A stretch of DNA of 64,000 nucleotides from positions 4,652 to 68,651 of the forward strand of contig JBBAMM010000003.1 in NCBI GenBank assembly GCA_040402475.1, in the 5' to 3' direction. Within the stretch, counting starts at the first letter, position 1, and each line of letters starts with the position of its first letter. A program made the position numbers and the translations under genes. This DNA comes from Rhodoluna sp. Lineage in GTDB: Bacteria > Actinomycetota > Actinomycetes > Actinomycetales > Microbacteriaceae. The notes below the pieces were generated by a model. That model made no database searches. It was not told the DNA's origin and saw only the letters and a program-made list of their open reading frames with translations. Below, piece after piece: positions 63,219-64,000 of this stretch.

Positions 63219-64000
63219 ATGACATTCTCGCCGACTCCAGCCAGTTCATCCGCAATGACACCCAACCCAGAACTTATTGAGAGGGTGCGAGGGCAAGTTG
63301 ATCTTGACTTCTCACAACGTGTTGCCACCCTAGGCAAACTGGTGCGCATACCAGGAATTGCCTGGGAGGCATTCGATGCCAACGACCTTGAGCGAAGCGC
63401 TGAAGCAGTAGCTCAGATCTTTAGAGACTCGGGTGTATTCCCTGAGGTTGAGATCAAGCGAGCTGTAGTCGATGGGATACCTGGTGCTCCAGCGATTCTG
63501 GCTTCGAGACCTGCCAAGAATGGTAAGCCTCATATTTTGCTCTATGCCCACCACGATGTTCAACCTCCGGGGGATGAAAAGGAGTGGTTGACTCCAGCTT
63601 TTGAGCCAACTGCAAAAGATGGACGCATTTACGGAAGAGGAGCAGCTGACGATAAAGCTGGCGTTATAGCCCACTTGGCTGCCATTGAAACCCTAAAAGC
63701 CATCGCAGGGGATGATTTTGACCTAGGTATTTCCATCTTCATCGAAGGTGAAGAAGAGGCTGGATCTAGGACTTTTAGGGCATTTTTGGATGAAAACAAG
63801 GCTAAATTAGCTGCCGATGTCATCATTGTGGCCGATTCCATGAACTGGTCTCCAGAAGTTCCTGCTCTGACGGTGAGTCTTAGAGGCGTGGTTGCGCTAG
63901 ATTTCAAAATTAGAACGATGGAACATGCCGTTCACTCAGGCATGTTCGGTGGAGCTATCCCAGATGCCATGATTCCAATGGTCAAAGTTCTGAATTCTTT
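63219..64000 (+). CDS. M20 family dipeptidase (partial, runs off window)
   Basis: Not in the ORF track; manual translation from ATG 63219 gives YAHHDVQP, GRGAADDKAG, EGEEEAGS, HSGMFGG. Confidence 0.92.
   Translation, partial: MTFSPTPASSSAMTPNPELIERVRGQVDLDFSQRVATLGKLVRIPGIAWEAFDANDLERSAEAVAQIFRDSGVFPEVEIKRAVVDGIPGAPAILASRPAKNGKPHILLYAHHDVQPPGDEKEWLTPAFEPTAKDGRIYGRGAADDKAGVIAHLAAIETLKAIAGDDFDLGISIFIEGEEEAGSRTFRAFLDENKAKLAADVIIVADSMNWSPEVPALTVSLRGVVALDFKIRTMEHAVHSGMFGGAIPDAMIPMVKVLNS

Overview
Core chromosomal segment of a genome-streamlined, low-GC (mid-40s % by eye) actinobacterium. Gene order and protein sequences point to Microbacteriaceae, probably the freshwater Luna (Aquiluna/Rhodoluna-like) lineage; this is inference, not a database result. 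Order: nadK(end)-recN-pyrG-NUDIX-xerD-parA-scpAB-rluB-aroH-tyrA-cmk-der-tRNA-Pro; pgsA2-garA-two MerR regulators-ParA-like-pyc-MinD-like-def; fadD, glk, plsC, DAHP synthase, PASTA kinase, LysM protein, Rv2175c-like, polyprenyl synthase; the dcw cluster (mraZ to divIVA); lspA-rluD-dnaE; flavin reductase, hisD, nrdR-nrdJ, pyrD, aldo-keto reductase, group II PLP decarboxylase, DUF3043 and a partial M20 dipeptidase. I see no mobile element, prophage, CRISPR or defence island, and I cannot demonstrate a clearly new multi-gene system. Best leads: (1) a MurE with a rewired amino-acid pocket plus no pgeF after ftsZ; (2) the mraW RNA hairpin, whose CUUCCCC loop can pair with the mraZ 3' end; (3) a recurring (G/A)ACACGCC motif linking division genes with nrdR-nrdJ; (4) an apparently catalytically dead, signal-less LysM protein coupled to the PASTA kinase; (5) an acidic insertion in DnaE; (6) an accessory decarboxylase-AKR pair. 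Some CDS starts were moved from the ORF track to a more plausible downstream start codon.
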